A program made the translations under genes and the position numbers. This document shows, in pieces, positions 35,691 to 43,677 of a stretch of DNA of 64,000 nt; positions within the stretch are counted from its first letter, which is position 1, and each line of letters starts with the position of its first letter. The notes beneath the pieces were generated by a model. That model was not told the DNA's origin and made no database searches. It worked only from the letters and a program-made list of their open reading frames with translations. The stretch is taken from the NCBI GenBank assembly GCA_019312835.1, contig JAFDCJ010000333.1, positions 303 to 64,302 on the forward strand. The letters run 5' to 3'. This DNA comes from Deltaproteobacteria bacterium (GTDB lineage Bacteria; Desulfobacterota; Desulfobacteria; Desulfobacterales; JAFDCJ01).

Positions 35691-37082
35691 TCACAGACTC
35701 CCGGCATATTCGCAGCTGCGGCAAGCCGCCACATCGGTTTCAACCGCCTCCTTATCGGCAATTTTCAGTGATTTGTCGAGAATGGCGATGGCCTCGTCGA
35801 TTTGTTCCAAGGTAATGATCAGGGGCGGGGAGATAATCAGGGTGTCATACCAGGGTGAGACATAGAGACCGTTTTGCATGGCGTCGCCGCTGATCCGGGA
35901 TGTCATCAGGGTCTTGCCGCTGAATTTATGCGCTTTGGTATCGAAGGGTTCCCTGGTTGTGCGGTTTTTTACAATTTCAAGGGCCCAGAAGTGACCGATG
36001 CCCCGGACGTCTCCAATGCAAATATGCCTGTCGGCCAATGCATACAGTCCGGTGCGCAAATGTTCGCTGGCCTTTTGCGGCAGGCCCGTTGCCATTAATT
36101 TAACATGCTCGGAAACCGCCGCCGGAATGCCGGCCGCCGTCAACGCATGGTAGGAGAAGGTGTGGCCGTGGCTGAAGACTTCCTCTTCGAAAAAGTCCGC
36201 AATTTTCTCCGTCGTGGCGGTGATCGCCACCGGCGTGTAGGCGGCACTGGCCCCTTTGGCCGTGGTGATGATATCGGGCAGGACATTCCAGTGCTCAATG
36301 GCAAAGGCCTTGCCGGTACGGAAAAAGCCGGACATGACCTCGTCGCTTATCAGCAGCACGTTATGTTGATCACAAATTTGGCGCAGAATCGGATAATATT
36401 CCGGGGGCGGTACCATCCTGCCGTTGGTGCCCACAACCGGCTCCACTATGACCGCTGCCACATTGCCTTCTTCGCGGATGACGTAGTCCAGGTAGCGGGC
36501 GCATTGCACGTTGCATTCCGGATAGGCGCTGCCGAAAGGGCAACGGTAACAGTAGCAGTCCGGCGCAAAGACAACGCCGTCCACCACGGTGCGGGCCAGT
36601 TCAGAGTACCAGCGGCGCGGGTCTCCGGTGAAGGCCTGGCAGCCGGCAGTCGCCCCGTGATAAGAATGGTAGCGGGAAATCACCTTGTAGGACGGAAACT
36701 GGAACTGCCGCACCATTTTCAAGGCGGCTTCATTGGCTGCTGCGCCGCTGTTGGTAAGCAGGAATTTGCTCAGCTCTGGCGGGAATACCGACCGCAGGGC
36801 ATCGACGGCCTCCAAGAGAATTTCGGTGACAAACACCGGAACAACGTAAGGCAGCTTTTCAGCCTGCCTGATGATGGCTTCAATCACAACCTTGTTCTTG
36901 TGGCCGAGATTTGAACACATCAACTGGGATGAGAAGTCAAGATAGCGCTTGCCCGTATGGTCGATAAAATAAACCCCCTCGGCATCGGTAATCAGCAACG
37001 GGGTTTTCCAGGCGTTCTGCCGGCCCCACAGACCGTAAGTATGCCCAGCCAGTTCCTTGATCCTTTCGGTTATGTCGGTCAC
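35691..37082 (-). CDS. Class III aminotransferase (beta-alanine/taurine:oxo-acid type)
   Basis: YLDFSSQLMCSNLGH, SGAAANE, SYHGAT, EPVVG, DEVMSGF.RTG, TAKG, GHTF. Confidence 0.92.
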   Translation of the reverse strand: MTDITERIKELAGHTYGLWGRQNAWKTPLLITDAEGVYFIDHTGKRYLDFSSQLMCSNLGHKNKVVIEAIIRQAEKLPYVVPVFVTEILLEAVDALRSVFPPELSKFLLTNSGAAANEAALKMVRQFQFPSYKVISRYHSYHGATAGCQAFTGDPRRWYSELARTVVDGVVFAPDCYCYRCPFGSAYPECNVQCARYLDYVIREEGNVAAVIVEPVVGTNGRMVPPPEYYPILRQICDQHNVLLISDEVMSGFFRTGKAFAIEHWNVLPDIITTAKGASAAYTPVAITATTEKIADFFEEEVFSHGHTFSYHALTAAGIPAAVSEHVKLMATGLPQKASEHLRTGLYALADRHICIGDVRGIGHFWALEIVKNRTTREPFDTKAHKFSGKTLMTSRISGDAMQNGLYVSPWYDTLIISPPLIITLEQIDEAIAILDKSLKIADKEAVETDVAACRSCEYAGSL

Positions 37083-37128
37083 TTCGAAGTCTCCCCTATG
37101 CGTAACTATTCAGCCCATGCCCGCTGGG

Positions 37129-37560
37129 TCATTGTTTTGATACCAGGATCTCACGGTGTTTCTTGTGTTTTTTTGCGAGATTTTTTAAAGCGCGGGCAAC
37201 CTCGGGCAGGGCCTTTATTTTCACCGCGGCCTCGCTGTAATAGCGTTCGGCCCTGTCAACCCGCCGGTTGGCCGTGGCCAGGGCCTCAGCAAGCGTCATC
37301 CTGTCGACGGCGACACATTCCTCACAATACGGCGCCCGGGTAAAATCCCGGATGGGCTCAAGAATCATTTCGGTCACATTCTCCCGGCGGGTTCGGAGAA
37401 CGGTTTTGATATGTTTAGCGGCATCCGCGGCAAATTGTTCAAACACCTCCCTGTACGGTGCACAGGCCGGATTGCCGGCCGCCGCCGCAAAAAAGTCCCG
37501 GTCCTGTTTTTCCAATTCCGCCGCAAAGTTGAGAATACTGCCGAAATTTTCAAGCGGCAT
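37129..37560 (-). CDS. Ferritin-like (rubrerythrin-type) four-helix protein
   Basis: AAGGAGG RBS; ILNFAAELE....FF, AERYY, KH.KH pattern. Confidence 0.65.
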   Translation of the reverse strand: MPLENFGSILNFAAELEKQDRDFFAAAAGNPACAPYREVFEQFAADAAKHIKTVLRTRRENVTEMILEPIRDFTRAPYCEECVAVDRMTLAEALATANRRVDRAERYYSEAAVKIKALPEVARALKNLAKKHKKHREILVSKQ

Positions 37561-37637
37561 TCCGATCCCCTCCTTGCAAGGCAGTGACCTGAATTGAATC
37601 ATCACTGCTGAATTAATTTCTTATTCAGTTATTCTCA

Positions 37638-37666
37638 TGGAGTACTGGAGTAATGGAGTATTGGAA
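37638..37666. repeat. Octamer repeat half-element (TGGAGTAN)
   Basis: tggagtac tggagtaa tggagtat tggaa, same family as 22388..22483. Confidence 0.7.
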
Positions 37667-37754
37667 TGAAAATCAGGCAAATGCGCCCAGATATAATTTA
37701 AAACTCACAGGACTCCACTAACTGATTTAAACTGGTTTTAAAATGTTTGGCTTC

Positions 37755-37899
37755 AGAATCGCTTTTAAAAGCTCAGATCATGCCCGCGGACAAGGCGCGG
37801 ATCGTTTCAAAAGCGGAGCGTACACTTCAGTACGTGAGCATTTTGAAACGAACCGCAACGCCGTCCCCGGGTATTGGATGAGTGTTTAAAAGCGATTCT
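37755..37899. mobile_element. 145-bp MITE-like element with 15-bp perfect terminal inverted repeats
   Basis: AGAATCGCTTTTAAA ... TTTAAAAGCGATTCT, with internal arms cgtttcaaaa / ttttgaaacg and cgtac / gtacg. Confidence 0.7.
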
Positions 37900-39353
37900 T
37901 AGAGCCAGCGCTGGATCACTACCTTTGTATCAGTAAAGAATTTGAAAATCTCCTGACCATGGGCCTTGATATCACCGAACATGGAATTGCCGGCCCCGCC
38001 GAACGGGAAGAAGCTCATGGGGGCGGCTATGCCGATATTGATGCCGACCATGCTCGGCAGCACGCGATATTTAAACTCACGCGCAGTTGCACCGTTATTG
38101 GTGTAAATACAGGCGGCATTGCCGAAGCCGCGGGTGTTGATCAAATCAACGACCTCATCCAGGTCCCTGGCCCTTACAACGCTTACCACCGGGCCGAAAA
38201 TTTCCTCCCGGCAGATCGTCATGTCCGGCTTGACGTTGTCAAAAAGGGTGGGGCCGACGAAAAAACCGTTGGGATATTCAGCGACCGCGAAGTTGCGTCC
38301 GTCCATCACCAGATCGGCACCTTCTTCAAGGCCTTTTTCAATGTATCCCAGCACCCTTTCCCTATGCGCGGCGCTCACCACAGGGCCCATTCCCGTTGAC
38401 TCGTCCAGCCCGCTGCCGATTTTCATGATTTTAGCGGCGGCTGTAAATTTTTCTATCAGCTCATCGGCCACATCGCCCACCGGTACGAGCACCGCACCGG
38501 AGAGGCAGCGCTGACCGCTGCAGCCGAAAAAGGAGGTGATCAAAGAGGGCATCGCGGCATCGATATTGGCATCCGGCATGACCGCAACGATATTTTTGGC
38601 ACCGCCCAGGGCCTGAACCCGCTTGCCGGTTTCACCGCAGCGCCGGTAGATATATTTAGCCGTGGGTGTCGAACCCACGAAAGAAACCCCCGCGATATCC
38701 GGGTTGTCCAGCAAGCCGTTGACCACGTCACGGGAACCGTGAACCATGTTGACGACCCCCTCCGGGAACCCGATCTCATCGATGATTTCAAAGACCCTGG
38801 TTTGGGTCATGGGCACCTGTTCCGAGGGTTTGAGGATATAGGTGTTACCGGTGACAAGGGCGTAGGGCAGAAACCACCAGGGCACCATGGCGGGAAAGTT
38901 ATAGGGCGCGATGCCGGCAAAAACCCCCAGGGGCTGCGGATGCCCGTAGCAGTCGATATCGGTGGCGATATCTTCCAGGGTGTAGCCGCACATCAGGGTG
39001 GTTACGCCGGTGGCGTGCTCCACGTTTTCGATCATGCGCCGGACCTCGCCCCGGGCCTCGTCGATGCATTTGCCTTGCTCGGTGGTCAGCACGGCGGCGA
39101 TGTCTTCGAAGTTTTCCTCAAAGGCTTCCTTAAGTCGGAACAGGTAGCGGGCGCGGCTCAACGGCGGGGTGGTGCGCCAATCCCAATAAGCGTCTTGGGC
39201 TGCCTTTACCGCCCGCTCCACATCTTCTGTGGTACCGTAGGCAACCCGGGCGATTTTCTCGGCCGTTGCCGGATTCCAAACATCGCCGAAGGTCGTTGAG
39301 GTGGACTCGACCCACTCTCCGTCGATGTAGTTTTGTATCAATGGCAGGGACAT
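37899..39353 (-). CDS. mmsA: CoA-acylating (methyl)malonate-semialdehyde dehydrogenase
   Basis: PYNFPAMVP.W, KPSEQVP, SFVGST, GKRVQALGGAKN, GQRCL, EEIFGPV, APMSFFPFGG. Confidence 0.92.
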   Translation of the reverse strand: MSLPLIQNYIDGEWVESTSTTFGDVWNPATAEKIARVAYGTTEDVERAVKAAQDAYWDWRTTPPLSRARYLFRLKEAFEENFEDIAAVLTTEQGKCIDEARGEVRRMIENVEHATGVTTLMCGYTLEDIATDIDCYGHPQPLGVFAGIAPYNFPAMVPWWFLPYALVTGNTYILKPSEQVPMTQTRVFEIIDEIGFPEGVVNMVHGSRDVVNGLLDNPDIAGVSFVGSTPTAKYIYRRCGETGKRVQALGGAKNIVAVMPDANIDAAMPSLITSFFGCSGQRCLSGAVLVPVGDVADELIEKFTAAAKIMKIGSGLDESTGMGPVVSAAHRERVLGYIEKGLEEGADLVMDGRNFAVAEYPNGFFVGPTLFDNVKPDMTICREEIFGPVVSVVRARDLDEVVDLINTRGFGNAACIYTNNGATAREFKYRVLPSMVGINIGIAAPMSFFPFGGAGNSMFGDIKAHGQEIFKFFTDTKVVIQRWL

Positions 39354-39467
39354 ACCTCTCCTCCTTATCGTTATTTCTGAACAAGTGGCGTAATCTCTTG
39401 TCCGAGGTTACGAACAGGCAGACCGATCCTTGGCAGATCAACCCACCTGCCTTAACAATGCTGGGAC

Positions 39468-39496
39468 ACTTTAGGCAAATCAAATTTTCCTGTCAA
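39468..39496 (-). promoter_or_regulatory. sigma70-type promoter for mmsA
   Basis: Minus strand TTGACA-17 nt-TAAAGT. Confidence 0.6.
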
Positions 39497-39705
39497 TAAT
39501 TCATCTTTCCTTTTTTTACGCGCCGGTGGTGAAGGATTAGAGATTCTCGAATGGGCGGAAGGGGGAAAATGGGGCAACGTCTTGCAGGTAGCCCCGGGGT
39601 TGTGGCACCCATAAAGCCCGCTTCTGACGGGTCGTATCTCATTTTCCTGCCTGGCTGCCCGGATTTCCGCACCGGCTTGCCAAATTTTAGGGCATTCGAT
39701 ATCAG

Positions 39706-40947
39706 TCAAATCTCATTCGCTGAGCGGACGATGGCATGCAGCAGCACGTTGGCGCCGGCGGCGCAATCTTCCATCCTGGTATTTTCAACCTCGACATGGC
39801 TGCGGCCGCCGATGCTGGGAACAAATATCATGGCCGTCGGACAAACCCGGCTCATATAGCTGGCGTCGTGCCCGGCTCCGCTGACCATGGGCAGATAGGA
39901 ATAGCCCAGGCTTGCGACACAATCCGTAATCAGCTGCACGCGCTTTTCGTCAAACGGCGCGTGCGCCACACGCCAGGTTTCCTCGATGTTGATCGGGCAT
40001 CCCCGGCTGGCGGCGATGTCTTCAAAATCGTTGCGGAGCAGATCCCAGGCTTTAATCGCATGCTGGTCATCCCAGGAGCGGATGTCGACGGTGAAGTGAA
40101 CCTTCGCCGGGATGATGTTGCGGGAATTGGGGTAATTCTGGATTTCACCGACGGTGGCAACCAGCTTGCCGCCCATGCGTTGCGGGAGCTCATTGACCTT
40201 CAGTATCATTTCGGCTGCAGTCACCAGGGCGTCGCGGCGTCCTGCCATGGGGGTGGGACCCGCCTGATTGGCCTCACCCTCCAGATATATATCATACCAG
40301 TGCAGGCCAGTAATGCCGCGGGGGACACCGATGGTTTTGGCTTCCCGTTCCAGAACCGGGCCCTGTTCGATGTGATACTCATAATAGCAGTGGACCGGCT
40401 TTTTTTTGCATGGCGCCGTGCCCTTGTAGCCGATGCGAATCAATTCATCCTCAAAGCGCCGGCCGCTTAAATCGGTGCGGTTGTACACCCAGTCTCTATC
40501 AAGTGCCCCTGTCCAAACGCCGGAACCCAGCATGGCGGGCGTAAAACGGCAGCCCTCTTCACTCGTCCAGGCCACGATGGCGATCGGTCTTGCGGTGGAG
40601 ATGTTGTTTTCTTCCAGGGTGCGCAGGACTTCAAGCGTACCCATGACACCCAAGATTCCGTCAAATCGTCCCCCCCTGGGCTGGGAGTCGATATGGGATC
40701 CGCTCATCACCGGCGGCAGAGCCTTCTGCGCGCCGGGCCTTGTTCCGAAGATATTGCCCATTTCGTCAACGGCAATTTCAAGCTTTAATGCTTGCAGCCA
40801 GTCGACGAAGAGATCTCGGGCCTTCTTATCCTCATCGGCAAGCGCCAGGCGCTGGACACCACCACCCGCAGTTGCACCGATTCGGGCCATTTCTTCCAGC
40901 GCGCTTTGCAGCCGCCGGCCGCTTACCCTCAAACCTTTCAAATTCAT
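39706..40947 (-). CDS. M20 Zn amidohydrolase (beta-ureidopropionase / N-carbamoyl-L-amino acid hydrolase family)
   Basis: GSHIDSQP.GG.FDG..GV, EEG.RF, EYHIEQGP.LE, AGPTPM..RRDA, SGAGHDA, SHVEVE. Confidence 0.92.
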   Translation of the reverse strand: MNLKGLRVSGRRLQSALEEMARIGATAGGGVQRLALADEDKKARDLFVDWLQALKLEIAVDEMGNIFGTRPGAQKALPPVMSGSHIDSQPRGGRFDGILGVMGTLEVLRTLEENNISTARPIAIVAWTSEEGCRFTPAMLGSGVWTGALDRDWVYNRTDLSGRRFEDELIRIGYKGTAPCKKKPVHCYYEYHIEQGPVLEREAKTIGVPRGITGLHWYDIYLEGEANQAGPTPMAGRRDALVTAAEMILKVNELPQRMGGKLVATVGEIQNYPNSRNIIPAKVHFTVDIRSWDDQHAIKAWDLLRNDFEDIAASRGCPINIEETWRVAHAPFDEKRVQLITDCVASLGYSYLPMVSGAGHDASYMSRVCPTAMIFVPSIGGRSHVEVENTRMEDCAAGANVLLHAIVRSANEI

Positions 40948-41080
40948 CAGATCATTTAAGTGGCATCGACATGTAACGGCATTTCAACAGCTTGCCGCCG
41001 CCCGCAAATCGGGCAGCGGCAAGTATGACGGTGGCCAAGATATCCGGGCCGTATCAGCCGATCCGGGGTGGGCCTGTAAA

Positions 41081-42271
41081 TCAGCCCGCTAGGAATTTTT
41101 TAAATTTGGCCAGCCCCTCTTTGATTTCAGGAATATCGATACCGGAGTAGGCCATGCGGATATAATAGTTTTGTTCGCCTTCCAAGGGGCGTCCAAAGTG
41201 CAGACGGGTACAGAACGACACACCGGTTTCTTTCAGCACGGTTTGACGGAAATCATTATAATCGGTCAGTCCTGTTTTCTGCATCGCCCCGGTGACGTTG
41301 GGCCACAGATAAAAAGTGGCATTGGGGCGAATGCAGCCAATGCCCTCGATGCTGTTGAGCAAATCCACGGTCGTATCGCGCCGTTCTTTCAATGTATCCA
41401 GCAGCTGCAGGGTTTCGGTCTGATCACCGGTCAACCCCTCGATGGCGGCATACTGGACAAAATGATTGGAACAGGACTCTTCATTGACATTGAGCTTGAT
41501 GATGACATCGATGATTTCTTTGGGGCCGATGGTGGCTCCCAGACGCCAGCCGGTCATGGCAAACTTTTTGGAAAAGGTGTGCAAAATAACACAGCGCTCG
41601 CGCATGCCGGGCAGCGCCACCAGGGATTTGCTTTTTCCGGCGTAGCGGATGTCGAAATACGCTTCGTCGCACAGAACATACAGATCGTGTTTGAGCACCA
41701 GTTCGGCAATCCTTGCCAGTTCCTGATCCGAGCATTCCGCACCGGTGGGATTTTGCAGGTCGTTGAGCACCAGCAGTTTGGTCCGCGGGGTGATCTGGGC
41801 TGCCAGCATATCCGTGTCGATTTCGAAGTTGTCCTCACTCTCGATGTAGCCGTAGGGCACGGCTTTGCCGCCATGAAATTCGATCTGGGACTCATAGATG
41901 GGATAGCCCGGGTTGGGATAGAGCACCTCGTCTCCCGGGTTCATCATGGTCAGAAAAAATTTGCTGATGGTGGGTTTGCCGCCGGGCTGGATGGCCACAT
42001 TTTCCATGGAATACGCAACCTTGCGGCTGGCGCTGATGTCATCGGCCAGAACTTCCCGCAGCCGGGCCACCCCGGCGTTGGGGCAATAATTGGTATGGCC
42101 GTCCCGCATGGCTTTGATACCGGCCTCGAGCACGTTGGATGGGGTTGGAAGATTCATATCCCCCAGGTGAAATGGATAAACCTTATTTCCCTGGGCGGCA
42201 AAGGCCGCAGCCTCGGCTGAGACGAGAAAAGCCGTCTCGGTGCCCAAACGCGAAACACGTTCTGCTATCAT
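41081..42271 (-). CDS. Class I/II PLP-dependent aminotransferase
   Basis: PNPGYPIY, NPTG, DEAY, FSKKFAMTGWRLG. Confidence 0.92.
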   Translation of the reverse strand: MIAERVSRLGTETAFLVSAEAAAFAAQGNKVYPFHLGDMNLPTPSNVLEAGIKAMRDGHTNYCPNAGVARLREVLADDISASRKVAYSMENVAIQPGGKPTISKFFLTMMNPGDEVLYPNPGYPIYESQIEFHGGKAVPYGYIESEDNFEIDTDMLAAQITPRTKLLVLNDLQNPTGAECSDQELARIAELVLKHDLYVLCDEAYFDIRYAGKSKSLVALPGMRERCVILHTFSKKFAMTGWRLGATIGPKEIIDVIIKLNVNEESCSNHFVQYAAIEGLTGDQTETLQLLDTLKERRDTTVDLLNSIEGIGCIRPNATFYLWPNVTGAMQKTGLTDYNDFRQTVLKETGVSFCTRLHFGRPLEGEQNYYIRMAYSGIDIPEIKEGLAKFKKFLAG

Positions 42272-42349
42272 CTTTTTTTCCTTTCTTAGATAAATGGCTT
42301 GTGGCTGAATGGTTCATCCGGGCAGTCGGATTTCACCTGATTTGATATT

Positions 42350-43498
42350 TTAACGACTCCCAAAAATCGGCAACTTTAGGTCATCAGCATTGACGACACT
42401 GGGTGCGGCCCGGGGGGCATCGGCTTCCAAAAACGGCAAAATATCCGGCTGATTCCAGACCGGATAGCCCCTCAGCAGGGCGGCCACATTGCTGGCGGCC
42501 AGGGTGGCCATGCCCTCCCTGGTCCAGCGGGTAGCCGAGGCGATGTGAGGGACAATGACGACGTTGTCCAGGTCAACCAGCCCGGGCTTCATCGCCGGTT
42601 CATCTTCGAACACGTCCAGAGCGGCCCTGAAGTCCGGGTGCCGTCGGCAATGCCCGACCAGAGCGGCTTCATCCACCACCGGGCCGCGGCTGGTGTTGAC
42701 CAGGATGGCATTTTCCTTCATCAGCGCCAGGCGCTCGGCATTGATCAAATGGTGGGTGGAATCGTCTAGCACCGTATGCAGGCTGACGCAATCGGCTTCA
42801 CGCAACAGGTCTTCGAGGGTGTCAGCGCGTTTGCAGGCAACCGGCGCTTCCCCGCGGGATTTGAGAAAATCACCGTAAGCTGCGATATAGTCTTCCAGCT
42901 CCTGGTTGGGGTAGACGTCATAGTAGACGAGATTCATTTTGTGGCCTTCGACCATCATGCGGGCATAGTTGGCGCCGATGCGGCCGGCGCCGATAACCCC
43001 CACGGTTTTGCGCCACAGAAGCTCGCCCAGAAAGAGCGTCATCAACCAACCCTTGTATTTGCCGGCCCGCATAAACCGCTCGGCCTCACCGGTGCGGCGG
43101 GCGGCCGCAAAGGTCAGGGCCACGGCCATCTGGGCCGTGGTTTCCGTCAATACCCCCGGTGTGTTGCCCACCGGGATTCCGTGCTTGGTGGCGGCATCGA
43201 CATCCACATTGTTGAAACCCACGGCCACATTGCTGTAGGCGGTTCCGCCGGCTGCTTCAAGGGTTCCAAACAGCTCGTCGCCCCAGTCCTCGGTCAGCTG
43301 CCCCAGGACGGCATTGCACTGCTGACCGATAGCGCTCTTGATGTCGTCAACGCTGAGGACATCGGTGGAAGTGCAGACTTCCACCTTGCAATCAGCCTTG
43401 ATCAGGCGCTCCAGCCACAGTGAACCCGGCAGGATTTTGGTGACAATGACGCGCCTGCTTCCGGTCGGATTGTGGGTCTCCCATTTCTTTTGTTCCAT
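42350..43498 (-). CDS. Hydroxypyruvate reductase / D-glycerate dehydrogenase, plant HPR1-like
   Basis: GQLTEDWG, VGNTPGVLTETTA, GAGRIG..YARMMVEG.KMNL, RGPVVDE, PHIASA..WTREGMATLAA, GYPVW, PSVVN. Confidence 0.9.
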   Translation of the reverse strand: MEQKKWETHNPTGSRRVIVTKILPGSLWLERLIKADCKVEVCTSTDVLSVDDIKSAIGQQCNAVLGQLTEDWGDELFGTLEAAGGTAYSNVAVGFNNVDVDAATKHGIPVGNTPGVLTETTAQMAVALTFAAARRTGEAERFMRAGKYKGWLMTLFLGELLWRKTVGVIGAGRIGANYARMMVEGHKMNLVYYDVYPNQELEDYIAAYGDFLKSRGEAPVACKRADTLEDLLREADCVSLHTVLDDSTHHLINAERLALMKENAILVNTSRGPVVDEAALVGHCRRHPDFRAALDVFEDEPAMKPGLVDLDNVVIVPHIASATRWTREGMATLAASNVAALLRGYPVWNQPDILPFLEADAPRAAPSVVNADDLKLPIFGSR

Positions 43499-43677
43499 TC
43501 CGAATACCTCCAGTCGTGCACCTGCAATCATTCAGGTAGATTCCAAGTGTTAAGGTTCATATCCAACAGCGGTGTCGCCGCCGCTTTGATTCCAGGCCGG
43601 CGGCCGGTCACGTCCCCGACCAAAGCGGTCAACCGGTGGCGGCCTTTTGAAAACCCGAAGGCCTGCGGCCGCGGCCA

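Noticed and set aside
41171-42220. Long plus-strand ORFs opposite real genes (also 13449..14345, 36105..36914, 56640..57668, 59458..60492)
   Set aside because: Antisense shadows caused by GC-rich codon bias; no family motifs
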